A stretch of 64,000 nt of DNA from Mizuhopecten yessoensis (lineage: Eukaryota), in NCBI RefSeq assembly GCF_002113885.1, contig NW_018408922.1, positions 1,175,144 through 1,239,143 on the forward strand. The letters run 5' to 3'. Numbering within the stretch: the stretch's first letter is position 1; every line of letters starts with the position of its first letter. Shown here in pieces: positions 1 through 12,036 of the stretch. The position numbers and the translations under genes were made by a program. Below the pieces are notes generated by a model. The model saw only the letters and a list, made by a program, of their open reading frames with translations, was not told the DNA's origin and did not search any database.

Positions 1-639
1 AGCGTCCACCAGTCCCTGTGCTGATAAACCAAGAGAGTGCAGTTCCTTCACAGGTCTAGATCGCGAAATTATAATCCCCGTAAATTTAATTTTCTATTTG
101 TTTTTGTTAAACCCGTAAACTGAGTCTTACAATAATTGTAGAGACATTGTCAATCTCTGGATAACCTTTGGTAAGATCATTGATTTATTCATGTCATATT
201 TACATTAATTAAACCATTTCAACCTTTTCACAAAAAGGTGGTTTTAGCTAAAAAAAGAAAACTGGCTGGAATGGCTGTATATGTTTGCACGAATTAAACG
301 TATGTATCAATTAATATTTGTATTCATGTACATCATGTATATACACGATTGAATAATAGAAATTAAAATGGATGATAAATTTGGGTCTTCCAATGTTTTC
401 AAGTGAACAATGGCAAAAAAGGTGACCATACAGATGTGCATTGAGGCCAGAATGCTTAACTCCGTCTATCCTATGGTGACGTTAGACGGAGCTACACGTA
501 CTTGCTAAGAAAAAAACAGCGCCAAGAGAATACCGAAGTGTCAACAGAACCATAATACGAACTCAACATTGATAAAACTAGGGCAATATATAAGCATAGG
601 AAATAATTACAGGGATACCCTAGAAAAAGTACAAGGATA

Positions 640-700
640 AATCACCAGGTGCTACGAAAGGGTTAACGTCTTCTGCTTCACCGATAACACCTGCCCTGTA
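640..700 (-). repeat. Conserved retroelement 3'-tail motif (GCAGAAGACG-TTA-CCCTTTCG-AGCACCTG type); degenerate copies near 6460-6500, 25207-25260 and 38115-38170
   Basis: The reverse complement reads GGCAGGTGTTATCGGTGAAGCAGAAGACGTTAACCCTTTCGTAGCACCTGGTG, and similar strings recur on the + strand elsewhere in the window. The motif is common in mollusc non-LTR/Penelope-like repeats; the exact family is uncertain. Confidence 0.45.
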
Positions 701-2911
701 AATCTATGTAAACTAACCTGATATGGGATGGGTCGCAATCATTTGTTGTTAGAGACAACCAAATGCAGTTCCAGTCCCAAAAGGAGAGCAAACGGATACA
801 TATGTAACAGAAAATCAAGACTGGCTGATACGAGTTTCGCACTCTGTAGTAAAAGCCTTATGAATACATGACCGATGATGATAACGTTTTGCGTCTTGAC
901 AGAAGATACGAACACGGTAATAATTATTTTTAAGTGAAGGATCAAGAACCACATTGATCTGATGAGGATGTTGATAAGCACATCTCGATACTTAAGTTGA
1001 TGAAATACAGATTTGGTATACAATTATGTTTTATCTTAGAAAACGAGTTAAAAAACACGATAGATCAATATTTTCTCATTCTCTATTTATGGAGGAAATA
1101 ATTCCAGAACATGGCCACACACCATTAGTCTTTAAGTGTACAGCTTTTTCCGCGACTGTAAAGCCAAACAAAATGTGAAAATAAGATATCAGGAAAGTGC
1201 TCACCAATTTATATAAAAAGGGTAAAACTTAAGGACATTATGTCCGCTTTGATCTGTTGAGGAATATTGTGGATTTAGTTTCGATTCTAGTCTTAGATGT
1301 TGAATTTGAGTTTCAATATGTGTATCAATAATATTATTCATTTTTGTATAACCCATAACTCCATTACGGATATGATAACGACACATGATACGCCTATCCT
1401 GCGGCTAATAGGAGTCGATCGTCCTGGAATACCAGGTGTACACGTTATGATACAATTTTCCAAAATAATAGGCCAGAGGCCATCACGTTTTACAGTTTGA
1501 ATAAGTTCTTCCTGTATTTTTCTACCAAGGTAGCTAGATGTTTTTATGAAAAATAACGCAGTGATAACATGCTGTTGCTTCTGTAGTTATCTTTTGTTAT
1601 AAGGAGAAAATTATAGCGAGTGGATAGGCCATGCAGGTAAACTATTTTCATTGGATTGAGTGTTTATACCAGACCTGGATAAGTTATTATTTGAACGGTT
1701 CAGAAATGAGTATTTCTGGACAGCAACTAATACTTTTTTTTCACACAGTTTGTATACACACATTTAGACGTGTTTTACTGAGAAACTACTGCAATGTGTC
1801 TGGGCTGATTTGTTGGAATACGTTTACGGGGACAGTTAATATTTCACAATTCAAGCGAGCCTAGAATTTAAAACTTGTGTAAGATTTTTTAATGTATTAT
1901 ATGAACGATTATAAGTTTTAACAGAAGATTATTCCAACTGTTTTTATTCGGCAGAATTTAACACCAGAATATTTAAATGAATTTCACGATGTTTTTTTGT
2001 TTTTATTCTGAGCTCTGCATGAGAAGTATCAGGAAAGAGTATCCTTAAAAATACAGAAAACAAAAAGAATACATATTACTGTATACCTAATTATTTTCTG
2101 TAAATCTACTGTTTAACTGGATGTAGATATGTTATACATACTCAGCAAAAGTAATATTTTTAATTCACTGATCTTTTTTCTTTTTTAAATCCAAGATGTT
2201 TATTCAAATGTTTAACAGGAACATGTTGACGAACTAATTGGAAATCGTCAGCAATGCTTAAAGGTAAGTCATATTTTAAGTTTATTTTGTTTATTGAGGT
2301 AAGTTGATTAATCATATTAATTAATGACATATATGAACTTGGTAACAATATACACGTACTTATGAAAAATAATCACTCAATGTAACATCAATACAGAAAC
2401 CCAATAAATGTTAACATTTTTGCTTCACCTTATGGATATTTCTTCCATTTTTGACTCATCAGTGTTTCTTAAGATTAAACGATTGACAATTTGTGTAAAA
2501 TATTCCGAAAGATGTTTTGGGGAAAAGGCGAAAGTTTATAACGTTATACATGAATATGGGTGCCTGCAACGATTTCTTAGTTGTAAGGTTACCATTGGTA
2601 GAACTAGTGCAATATTAAATGATACTTGTAGATGAAATAGCATACATACTATACCATAGAATGTCCATGGCATTACATAAAGTGTCTCTCTTACAACTGA
2701 AAATATGGAGAGCGAAAAGTGCGAACGTTTATGATTTGTACATATGTAAAACAGACGACTCTCTACCAATGAGAGATGACATGTATAATGTAAATATAAG
2801 ATTTTTGTCCCATCCAAAACCACATGATCTACTTCTTTAAAATAACATTGTACTATTTATGCTTAATTTCGTTATGACCAGTTTGCAAATATTTATCAAT
2901 TAAATACTTTT

Positions 2912-3003
2912 TTTTCTTTTGGTGAATATGTGGTTATATGAACTTTATCTCGGTTGATATATCGTTTTTAGGTCCATATAACCACATATTCACCGAAAGA
3001 AAG
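2912..3003. mobile_element. Hairpin relic of a non-autonomous (Crypton-like) element
   Basis: Inverted arms TTTCTTTTGGTGAATATGTGGTTATATG / CATATAACCACATATTCACCGAAAGAAA around a ~33-nt spacer. Confidence 0.55.
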
Positions 3004-3135
3004 TCCTTTATTGTCAGAATATATTTTAAACTATGATGATTTTATTTTGAAATAAAATAAAATAGAGCTTCATGAAATCGTGAAGAGAGAAATTTTCTGC
3101 ATCAGGCAGAAGACTTTGTGACATTATAACTGAAG

Positions 3136-3241
3136 TGACGTCATAAGGGGAATATTAACATGCTGTTGTTTTCTTTTTAAAAAGTATCTCAGACTCAATA
3201 TCATATGTCACCGAATTCCACGTGACCATGATCCAACCAAT
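3136..3241 (+). promoter_or_regulatory. Candidate proximal promoter of the hydrolase gene (CRE, E-box, CCAAT)
   Basis: TGACGTCA at 3136-3143, CACGTG at 3219-3224 and CCAAT at 3237-3241, 100-200 bp upstream of the ATG. These are short motifs, so function is inferred. Confidence 0.3.
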
Positions 3242-3338
3242 GAGGATGTAGTAATACTTTGTGTCATCTTAAATTAAATTTTATTACTCATACTTAATCA
3301 ATGACTTCCCATTTTATTAGAACTCATCATAACTTGAT

Positions 3339-4976
3339 ATGACGCATACGGACGAGACTATGGGGATTTTGGAACCACAATACACAAAATGGCGTCACTG
3401 GAAGATGTACTTCATATTAGGAGTTTTAGTTGCCATGGTCACGTTCTTAGTCGTCTTGTTAGGTATCACTGCTGGTCTGAATTTAGACGACATAAGTGAT
3501 ACAAGTAACTACAACAAGAACAATGTTATTCAATTGAAAGACATTCTACCGAATTCATTTTTTATCATGTTCAACATTGAAATTGAAAACTCCTCTGATT
3601 TTGAGGTCAGAGATAAAATCACCGTCAAATGGGAAACAGAGTCGAGTATGATTAGATACCAACAAGAAATCGAGGTCTTGATGTTAAACCAAAGTGTCGT
3701 AACCACAGTAAGCATATTGGACGAAAGAGCCGTAGTTTCGTACAGTCTAGAAAATCAGAAAAGTTGGAAGTGCGCAGAAGACATAAAACTCTTTGATTGG
3801 TTCTCGATTTTACAGCTTCTGATGATATCTGTTGAAGCTAATTACAGCGAAAACAATTGTCCTGGGCGTATTTGGACAATTCCATACAAAGGAAAGAGAG
3901 TTTCAATATGTATTAACGGTTTTCGAATTGTTTACGTAAGGTATGGTAACCAGGTTGCTATATCTAAAGATTGGAAAGTTCCATCGCCATCATCCATCGT
4001 ACTTCACATGGAAGCACCCACTTGTACGGTGAAGTATTCCGGAGTCCACACGTTCAAACATGAGCAGATTGCGACCGATTCAACCAGAAACCAATCGATA
4101 AATGGAAATAACTTTGAAAACGATGTAGTTGTTTCTAGAAATGACAAACCCATCTGTTTGTTCATACATGGACTAGGTAACCAGAATCCTAAAACTGGAT
4201 TTAAAACTCTGACTAGAATGGACTATTGGGGTCACATCGAAAACAATACCCCACAGTGTGCAGCACATAGGTTTATTCAATTCAACACAGTCGACAACGG
4301 CTGGGATTCCACTGAGCTGCACCAGATGTTCTGCGAGTTTGCTACAGGCTTAAAGTTTGGAGGAAATATTTCAAACAAGATACTATTTTCCCACTCAATG
4401 GGAAACAACATCGTTGCAGCAGCACTTCACAGCAAAATATGTACATTGGACAAGACATCTAGTAAATGGTTCTCAGTGTCTGCACCCTGGCGTGGTTGCA
4501 TGGTGGCAGACAGGCTGCAAAAGTTCTGCTCTAGTCAGCTTAAAGATAAAGATGGTAACGTATCACCACACATAATATCAAGAATTTTCAGACATACAAA
4601 ATTCTGTTCAGACAACGGTAACACATCAGCAGGTTACACTACGTTAGGAACAGCATATAAATCCAAAACAGGCATTTCCAACACTGACTTAGTTGCCGTA
4701 GCTCGACGGTTGGTGGACGGGGCGCTTTGTGGAACCTCGCCTTGGGGAATCGGGCTGAACCTTCGTTACAGTGGGACCATGAAGTTTATACAGGTTTTTA
4801 GTAAAATGAAAACTCCGAACGATGGTATTGTGGCACTGAATAGCTGCTCTATTTTTGGAGAGAAGTTCAAAAATTCATACAAAAGCAAATTTTACAAAAT
4901 GTCCGTTAATCATGTCGAGAGTTCCACGAAATTCGGCTGTTCCAAAGATCTGTGTTCGTGGTACCGATATCTGTAG
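3339..4976 (+). CDS. Intronless type II membrane protein with C-terminal alpha/beta-hydrolase (lipase/PGAP1-like) domain, 545 aa
   Basis: Long clean ORF with a hydrophobic segment at about aa 24-47. Oxyanion motif CLFIHGLG, nucleophile elbow SHSMG (S353), NDGIV (D495), VNH (H525), and many Cys. AATAAA at 4987-4992 just after the stop. Confidence 0.9.
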   Translation: MTHTDETMGILEPQYTKWRHWKMYFILGVLVAMVTFLVVLLGITAGLNLDDISDTSNYNKNNVIQLKDILPNSFFIMFNIEIENSSDFEVRDKITVKWETESSMIRYQQEIEVLMLNQSVVTTVSILDERAVVSYSLENQKSWKCAEDIKLFDWFSILQLLMISVEANYSENNCPGRIWTIPYKGKRVSICINGFRIVYVRYGNQVAISKDWKVPSPSSIVLHMEAPTCTVKYSGVHTFKHEQIATDSTRNQSINGNNFENDVVVSRNDKPICLFIHGLGNQNPKTGFKTLTRMDYWGHIENNTPQCAAHRFIQFNTVDNGWDSTELHQMFCEFATGLKFGGNISNKILFSHSMGNNIVAAALHSKICTLDKTSSKWFSVSAPWRGCMVADRLQKFCSSQLKDKDGNVSPHIISRIFRHTKFCSDNGNTSAGYTTLGTAYKSKTGISNTDLVAVARRLVDGALCGTSPWGIGLNLRYSGTMKFIQVFSKMKTPNDGIVALNSCSIFGEKFKNSYKSKFYKMSVNHVESSTKFGCSKDLCSWYRYL

Positions 4977-6855
4977 TTTACTGTAAAATAAAAAGTACAA
5001 CTTGTATGCATATGCAACGCTTGTTTGCGATTCCTGTACAGCATAAACTGTACCTTGGATAAGATGTCCAGTAACATTATGGTTTAACGTTTGTCGGCGC
5101 AATATAAACAAACATGATGTCATTTCTGCTACAAGAGTATGTCTACAATGATGTTCTGAATCAAGAAGTTAATTACTAATTATTGTGAATTCTAAAATGA
5201 TAATTATTATAACTGAAATCCAGAAATAACCTGATATTCACTGGTATGATTTATTATTTTCAAATAAAAAATAAATAATCCCAAGATGCATGTAATTTAT
5301 TTTTCACATTTGTTGAAGCCGACTGAATCTTAATTATCTGTATTCATTTATAATAAAATGAAAGGACCGTTTACATACAGTAAACATGTATTTAGTTATA
5401 CTTTTAAAAAAATACGTGGACGTTAAAAATAAAATTAAAATACCAACGCAAGTCGAGCCATTTAATGGTAATAATTTTGCTGTCCACGTCTAATAGCAAT
5501 GTAATATACAAACATATGATGCTTATATATATTCTACCAAGTAAAATGTAATTGAAGCGTTTTCCCCCTGTTTACTTCAGTGTCGTTACGCATATATTAA
5601 GCAAGGTAACATAGATAATCTAATTATCTAAATAAGCTGTTCTTTTGCGCGTGCTAAAATTGATCACGTGATGTCTCCATTCCACAATTACCTGTGTGTT
5701 TTTGTCATTTCCGACCTAATGAGCGATTTTGTCTTTTGAAAATGGAAATACTTAGGAAGGATTTTTTATTTTAGTTTTAGTCGTCATTTGGTCGACACAC
5801 GATAAACAATTGATGCTTTTTATTTCAATCAATTCAATCCACCAATTTATCAACATCCCTTGTTTAGACACGAAATCAGCATTCGATAGATTTACAATCC
5901 CCATGTTTAAGTCACCTTTACGGTAAGTTCAGCGGATCATTCTGAACTTGAGCTGCACAGGTTTTAAGTAAATTTAGAGCGTCATTGGAAACTTTGTTTG
6001 TCCGATGGCAAATCTACAAATACATGCAAAACTAAATGCGTGGACCCTGATTCGACAAATGAAACCAATCATGCGACTCTAGTTTACATTTGCATGATAA
6101 ATGTTTGAAAGACCGCTGCATATGCATGGTTTAGTGGAAAATAGTACACGCAAGCGAATGGTCTATTGTCAGATAATACATGGTCATTAACCAATACGCC
6201 GTGTCATTACATCGCAGGTGAGGTATGATTCTTGTTACTTAACAAAAGAACATAGTACATAATGAACACTTTATAATTTGGAACAAGAACAACATAATTT
6301 TTAATGACTTGGCACTCTGTCTAAAGGAGAAAAAGATGACGATAACATTTTCAAGCACATGGCATTACAGAAATAAAACATTATGTCTCAGATATTGAAG
6401 CCAGGAGCGTATACGTAACATTGATTCCGTTACATACACACAATCACACTATATATAATTAAGCAGTAGACGCTTACTCTTCTGGAACACCTGGTCTTAT
6501 TTGCTTTGTATATTTTCAAGGGTCTCCGCGTTAATCTTTCTTTTGTTCAGTTTTTGCCCTCGTTTTATCGATTACGAGTTCGAATTATGGCTTTGTTGAC
6601 ATTATTTTTCTTCACTTTAGAAATGAGGAAATACATAAACCTTTTGCGAGGTCTAGTTATAGGTGTGTTGTTTTTCACTTAAACAAATGTGACTAAACGG
6701 AAGACAATTCAGACTTGGTTGGTATTCAATATATGAAAAGTTTCCAGGGCTGTATAAGCACCCACTTGACGTACGCTTTATTGCACAAACACTCTTTATT
6801 GTACCATTTTTGTCTATATTGAATTAAATCATCTCTAACGTAAGTATAACATTTA

Positions 6856-7002
6856 TATATAGGATCTTACAGCTGTACTTGAGTTTCCGTTTCATATGAG
6901 ATTTATGAAACGAGTCTAAGAATGTTTCAATAAATGACAAATTTGTGGCGAGTTTCATAAATTTCATATGAAATGAAAACGAGTGTAAGATCCTTTTTAT
7001 CA
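6856..7002. mobile_element. Palindromic Crypton-like non-autonomous repeat
   Basis: AGGATCTTACA...TTTCATATGAGATTTATGAAAC pairs with GTTTCATAAATTTCATATGAAA...TGTAAGATCCT. Confidence 0.55.
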
Positions 7003-7579
7003 CACAATCAAGATTTGTGGCATTTATTCGTGTAAAACGACAATTATCATGCAACATTGAAATGTAAAATGCCACCATTTTGACTCCAGTGCGTAGGTCT
7101 GTGACGTCATGTACTTGTCCTAGGCGTGCCGTCACATTTTAAACAATTGAAACTTACAGGGCTGATCATATTACATGGGTTAGTACGCAAACAAATATGA
7201 CATAGGTATATTCACTGGATAAATATAATCATTACATAAGTGTTATATAACACAAGATGTTGGCTATCGACCTATATCAGGCTCACGGCTCTTGAGCCCT
7301 GGGCCTGATATGGTGTAACTATTATAACGTTTTTGTGATGAACATTTATTGTGCGTTATGCATTAATGATAAACACAGCATCATATAAACGAACCATGCT
7401 TGTTGTCGTTTTCCATAATATCTACGGTCACTCTTTCACCTGCCATTGTCTACAAACCTTGATTGGACAAACGTTCGGAACGAAAAATACGACAATGCGG
7501 ATGGTACATGAGATGCTTTGTCGGTAATGACGTCACAGGAAATATACTGCACCACTTTAGTAAACAATAAACTTAATTC

Positions 7580-7803
7580 GTAATACAACCATTATGAAAC
7601 AAGTAGTTTTAACTTATATTAATCCTTCTTGTTGGCCCGAATGTTAGCGCGCGGGGGATTTAATGTAGGAGGAAACCGAGGGACCCAGAGAAAACCCGCG
7701 TGGTCGGGCAGGTGATCCCATTCCTTTTCACTTCCGATCAGTAAATCGAACCCCGGAGGCCTTCGTGAAGGGCGAGTGCGTTATGCACTGTACAACTCGA
7801 CCA
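7580..7803 (-). mobile_element. tRNA-derived V-domain SINE (BivaV-SINE-like), copy 1
   Basis: GGAGGAAACCGAGGGACCCAGAGAAAACCCGCG is the reverse V-domain core. Reverse B-box AATCGAACC. Tail shared with the other copies. Confidence 0.8.
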
Positions 7804-7854
7804 AAATCAGCCTATTGCCATAGTTCAAACTAACAAAAAGAAGCTATAATGCGC

Positions 7855-7907
7855 GGGGGAGAAGTGGGTGAGGGGAGGGGAGGGGAGGGGAGGGGAGGGG
7901 AGAGGGA
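7855..7907 (+). repeat. (GGGGA)n microsatellite, G-quadruplex-capable
   Basis: About six tandem GGGGA units. Confidence 0.85.
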
Positions 7908-8499
7908 AGATGTTAGAAAAAGAGCTGAGACAACAGGAAATGCCGGATGTTATGAAATGAGATCAACAGGAAATGAGATTTCCTCACAATGAGTTAAAAG
8001 AGATGTTGTTGGTTTAAATTGTAAAGGTAGGGTCAACGCCTATGGATATTTAACATTAGCGTCGGCACCCACTTGGAATTTCAAAACAAGATAAATCCAA
8101 AAAGTTATGGGTATAGGAAGCTTAATTCAGGAACAGTTAGTTTCAGAATTCATTTTATGATAAATGGGACCTCATTGACTTACAACTGTGTATATATTAA
8201 ACGTGTGGTAATACAATTCCTCCTAGAGCATTTAAATGACATAATTACTATAAAATTATATCATCATCGTGCGCAACATATTCATACTGTTATTTTGATA
8301 CCGAATACTACATTATTTCAAGAAAGAATTATTCTTTTTATTGAAGATTAAAGCAGAAAAGTATGTGAAATTTTATTACTAATGAGAAAATTTCCATTTT
8401 TGACACGTAAATTTAAATAGTTCTAAAACTAGTCTATTTTTCATACTTGATTAAAAGTTGACTACCAATAATATCTTTCAACATCAGGAATTTCAAAAA

Positions 8500-8760
8500 A
8501 AATGACAACCGGTAAATTTGTCATATAACACTTTTGATTCCAAAAAAGAAAAACAGAGCTTTCTTTCCACCTTTTCTTTAACTTGTGTTTCTTCATGACC
8601 AAAGGTCTTTGGATCTTGATATTTGGCAAGTAGGTTGTTCATGTGAATGGATTTAAGTTTTGTAAACGGTGATGACCTTGAGCTTCGTTCAAGGTCACAA
8701 ACATCAAATGTGCTAAAAATATTTTTGTATGGGAAGTCGGACAAGGATATCTTTCCCTGC
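8500..8760 (-). mobile_element. Helentron/HINE-type satellite monomer fragment
   Basis: TGACCTTGAGCTTCGTTCAAGGTCA hairpin and other motifs typical of bivalve HINE monomers. Confidence 0.5.
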
Positions 8761-8855
8761 TTTATTTGTTAGGACTTAACGATATAAATTAATGTAATAT
8801 TCCTTCATACTTTGTTTAATGAATGGCAATAAGCAAAAACAAAGAAGGAATAATA

Positions 8856-9648
8856 ACTAGAACTGTAAGGACTAACTAATATCCCAGCTCCTATATAAAC
8901 CAGAAATGTAAGCTTAAGGCTAACTAAAAGCATTGCAAAGCAATCCATAGTCTCCCACCAGTAATTATTTAAATATATATGTCACTTACATACTTCCAGT
9001 ATTCCCTCTCTATGCCAAAACATACTTCCATACCAAATCTTGTTAGCAGGCCAGATGAACCAGTTTTGCTGAATCGTCCTGGTAGTTAAGGAAGAGTTGT
9101 CAAGTCAAAGATTCTTAACAAAGGATCATAACTCCTTAAAAAGGGTCTAAATGAAAAAAATACTCCCCTGATGCACGTACCCTGATGCACGACATCAGGG
9201 GGTAACTACCATATCTGTAAACATTCATTGAAATCGGCCCCATAGCTTTGGAGGAGTTGACTGGACAAGTATTTTTTCAACAAAGGGCCATTACTCCTAA
9301 AAAGGGTCAGATTGAACAAAATAATACCTGGATGCACACCATCAGGTGGTAGTTACCATATCTGAAAATTTTCGTTGAAATTCACCCCTTAGTTTTGGAG
9401 GATGTGTCCGGACAAGGATTTTTCAACAAAGGGCCATCACTATGTAAGAAAAAGGCCAGATTGAAAATATAATGCCTGGATGCACAACTGCAGCTGTTAG
9501 TTATCATATCTGGAAACTTTCGTTGAAATTGGTCCACTACTTTAGAAGGAGTTGTCCGGACAAACGTTTTATACGGACGGTCAGGTGGACGGACAAGCTG
9601 ATTCCAATATCCCCCCTCCCTAACTTCTTTGGGGGAAGGATAATAAAG
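8856..9648 (+). mobile_element. Helentron-associated interspersed element (HINE) with ~146-bp tandem monomers
   Basis: Starts AACTAGAACT. About 3.5 monomers (AACAAAGG..CAT.ACT near 9118, 9279, 9425). GGAC microsatellite-like stretch at ~9575-9595. Terminal palindrome CCCCCCTCCC..GGGGGAAGG followed by ATAATAA. Confidence 0.8.
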
Positions 9649-11919
9649 TGTATCATAGTTTTAATATTAAGATTATTTATTGTTTTTATATAATTGCATA
9701 TCTTTGTCTATAACACAATTATAACCTTAAGTAGTTCTCCAGAGGAAAGATTACTTTGGTTGAATACATATTCATGAGTTATTACTGCTGCACATAAATT
9801 TAAAACATGCGTAAAATAATAAAGTGGTTTGGTATGATACAAAAACAGAAAATGTATTGGTATTTACCATAATAAACCTTGATAATCAAATCTTCAAGAT
9901 TATGTGAAATTGGGCATTGATCATGTTTGGCATGCTAAAAATGTACTTTACCGGTTTTGATATTATATAAAAATGATTCTGTAGACAGAATACATATATG
10001 GGTAGTTTTTTAAGAAGTTTGAAATATAGACTACCATTGTAACTATATATAGGCAAGTTGACAATGTTGGTTATATCTTAAATATTGTGAAACTTTTGCA
10101 TACTTTTCTTATTAAAAGTATCACTACGCTTACTTCACCTTCGCCTGTGACATTTATCTGTCATTTTGTTAGGTAACCCCCGTCACTAAACCTGGTGTTA
10201 TGCAAGGAGGTCCACTACGGTTATCAGTAGCAATTATGAATAATCATTTATACAGTTATTGATAATTTTTATGTATCTACATATGGCAAAAGTGGGGCCA
10301 AATGTTGACTCCATCTTTCTATTTTATATGCGACAAATATGGACATTTTCATATACCAGCTTGTACCAACTCTCGAATTATACCAACCCTTGGGCTGATA
10401 ATTGTTCAGTATATACCATAAAATGGAAACTTAACCGAAAAAATTGTATTTGAGATATTTAAATGTTATCTTGACATTTTCAATAATGTGTCCGACATCT
10501 TTTGTACAGCGTAGACTTATCGACTCTGATGATCAATAAAACATAACAATGTAAGGATTCTTAAATCACTCGACCTTCAGTCGAATACAAATCACATACT
10601 CAAGTCATTAGAATATCATTTCCCTAACACATACACCCTTGCCTGAATGCTTTAATTATATAGTTGCGGTTAAGTCCGTAGGGTCAAGGAATAAACTCGT
10701 TCGGTGTGAAACATAGCGGAGCGATATGCCTTCTCCATGGTACAATAACAAAAGATCAGTTTTAATAGGTGGTGTCGATTTCCTAACTCGATCCATCCTT
10801 AAATTCGTTTAAATGCCCTATTGCCATATGCTATGGGTGACAGGTGAACGCGTTAGAGTTAAGGTAAAGGGTCGGTGTTTAGTCTCTCAATCGACACTGG
10901 TGGTAGGGACACTCACGGATACCTGCATTAGTTGGATTATGACAAGTTTCGATAGATGAGCGAGATTTATAAAAAGTATCACATTTTGAATGGGAGAACA
11001 TTAATAGGACCAAATTAACTGACAAACGGTGAGTAGAAGTATGTGTTGTTAACACCACTTTATGTAAATACCAGCAAACGAACGTCATATAACACATACA
11101 TTATAATTATTTCATATATATTTAAAGATATACCTAACAGGTAGCATTTTATCAAATTACCCCATTGATCTATGCTCGTTTAATGATTAAATGAATATCA
11201 GTTTACCCTCAAATACCAATACAAGGGGACCTACTTAAATTTCTAAGGTATTGTTACTTTAATACACGTTGTATTTTATTTGTTATCGATCTTTGAATCG
11301 CATATCACAGTGGAAAAAATCTTCCGACACCCTAGTATTTTTAATCATGTTGTAGCTTTCTTAAATTTATCTCAAATATTTCTCGTGTGTTTTACTTTCA
11401 GTTCAATATAAACTTTCAGAGTATATTTTGATATTCTAATCTCTAATGAATCGCATGCTTTTTACTTTTAACTCAGCATTATTCTTGTATATATCAATTG
11501 TCTTAAAGTACCTTCATATGAGTTAATTCCAAACACACCACTTAAATGATGTTATACACTTATCAATATAATTTTCACAGTATTTGTACAAAAGCACTTG
11601 TATTAATACGTTGAAACCATTGTCACCTGTAATAAAATATGATTGTCACTTTGGATTGACATGCCTGAGATTGATAAGACAGTTATGTCAACATTTCCCC
11701 GTTATCGACAGTGTCTATTGTATCCAACGAACACTTCTCCCGTTAATCCTTTATATTACGAAACTTCTTAAACAAATCTCACTCAAACGTCAATATTGGT
11801 AATATTTACTAGTATTTAGATCAATATTTTATTATTAAGACAACACTTGATTTTATCGCTAGGTGTGTGTACTTTTGATGACATAACGAGACATTCTTTA
11901 CCTTATCTATACTTTATAA

Positions 11920-12036
11920 GAGTGACGCCAATGTAAACTGGTACTCTCTCATTGTACCGTTCTAGAACTAAAGAAGGCCGTAAGCGTAAACCCCGCACTT
12001 GACTTTAGGAAAACACTGGATCGGCTCACGGTGAGT
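11920..12036 (+). promoter_or_regulatory. Candidate promoter, non-coding first exon and splice donor for the 16618 gene
   Basis: GTGACGCCAAT (half-CRE plus CCAAT) at ~11922-11932. Strong donor CG|GTGAGT at 12031. Candidate acceptor TCTTTTCCTTACAG| at 16036. Confidence 0.4.

Noticed and set aside
955-995. Hammerhead-ribozyme-like CTGATGAG-stem-CGATA
   Set aside because: The GAAA core reads GATA and I could not find convincing stems I and III.
1205-1511. Minus-strand segment bounded by AG/GT as a possible coding exon
   Set aside because: The frame opened at the acceptor hits a stop and no recognisable protein emerges.
2430-2470. Minus-strand CTGATGAGTC...GGAAGAAA hammerhead-like string
   Set aside because: Stem II does not close and there is no stem III or cleavage triplet; at best a dead relic.
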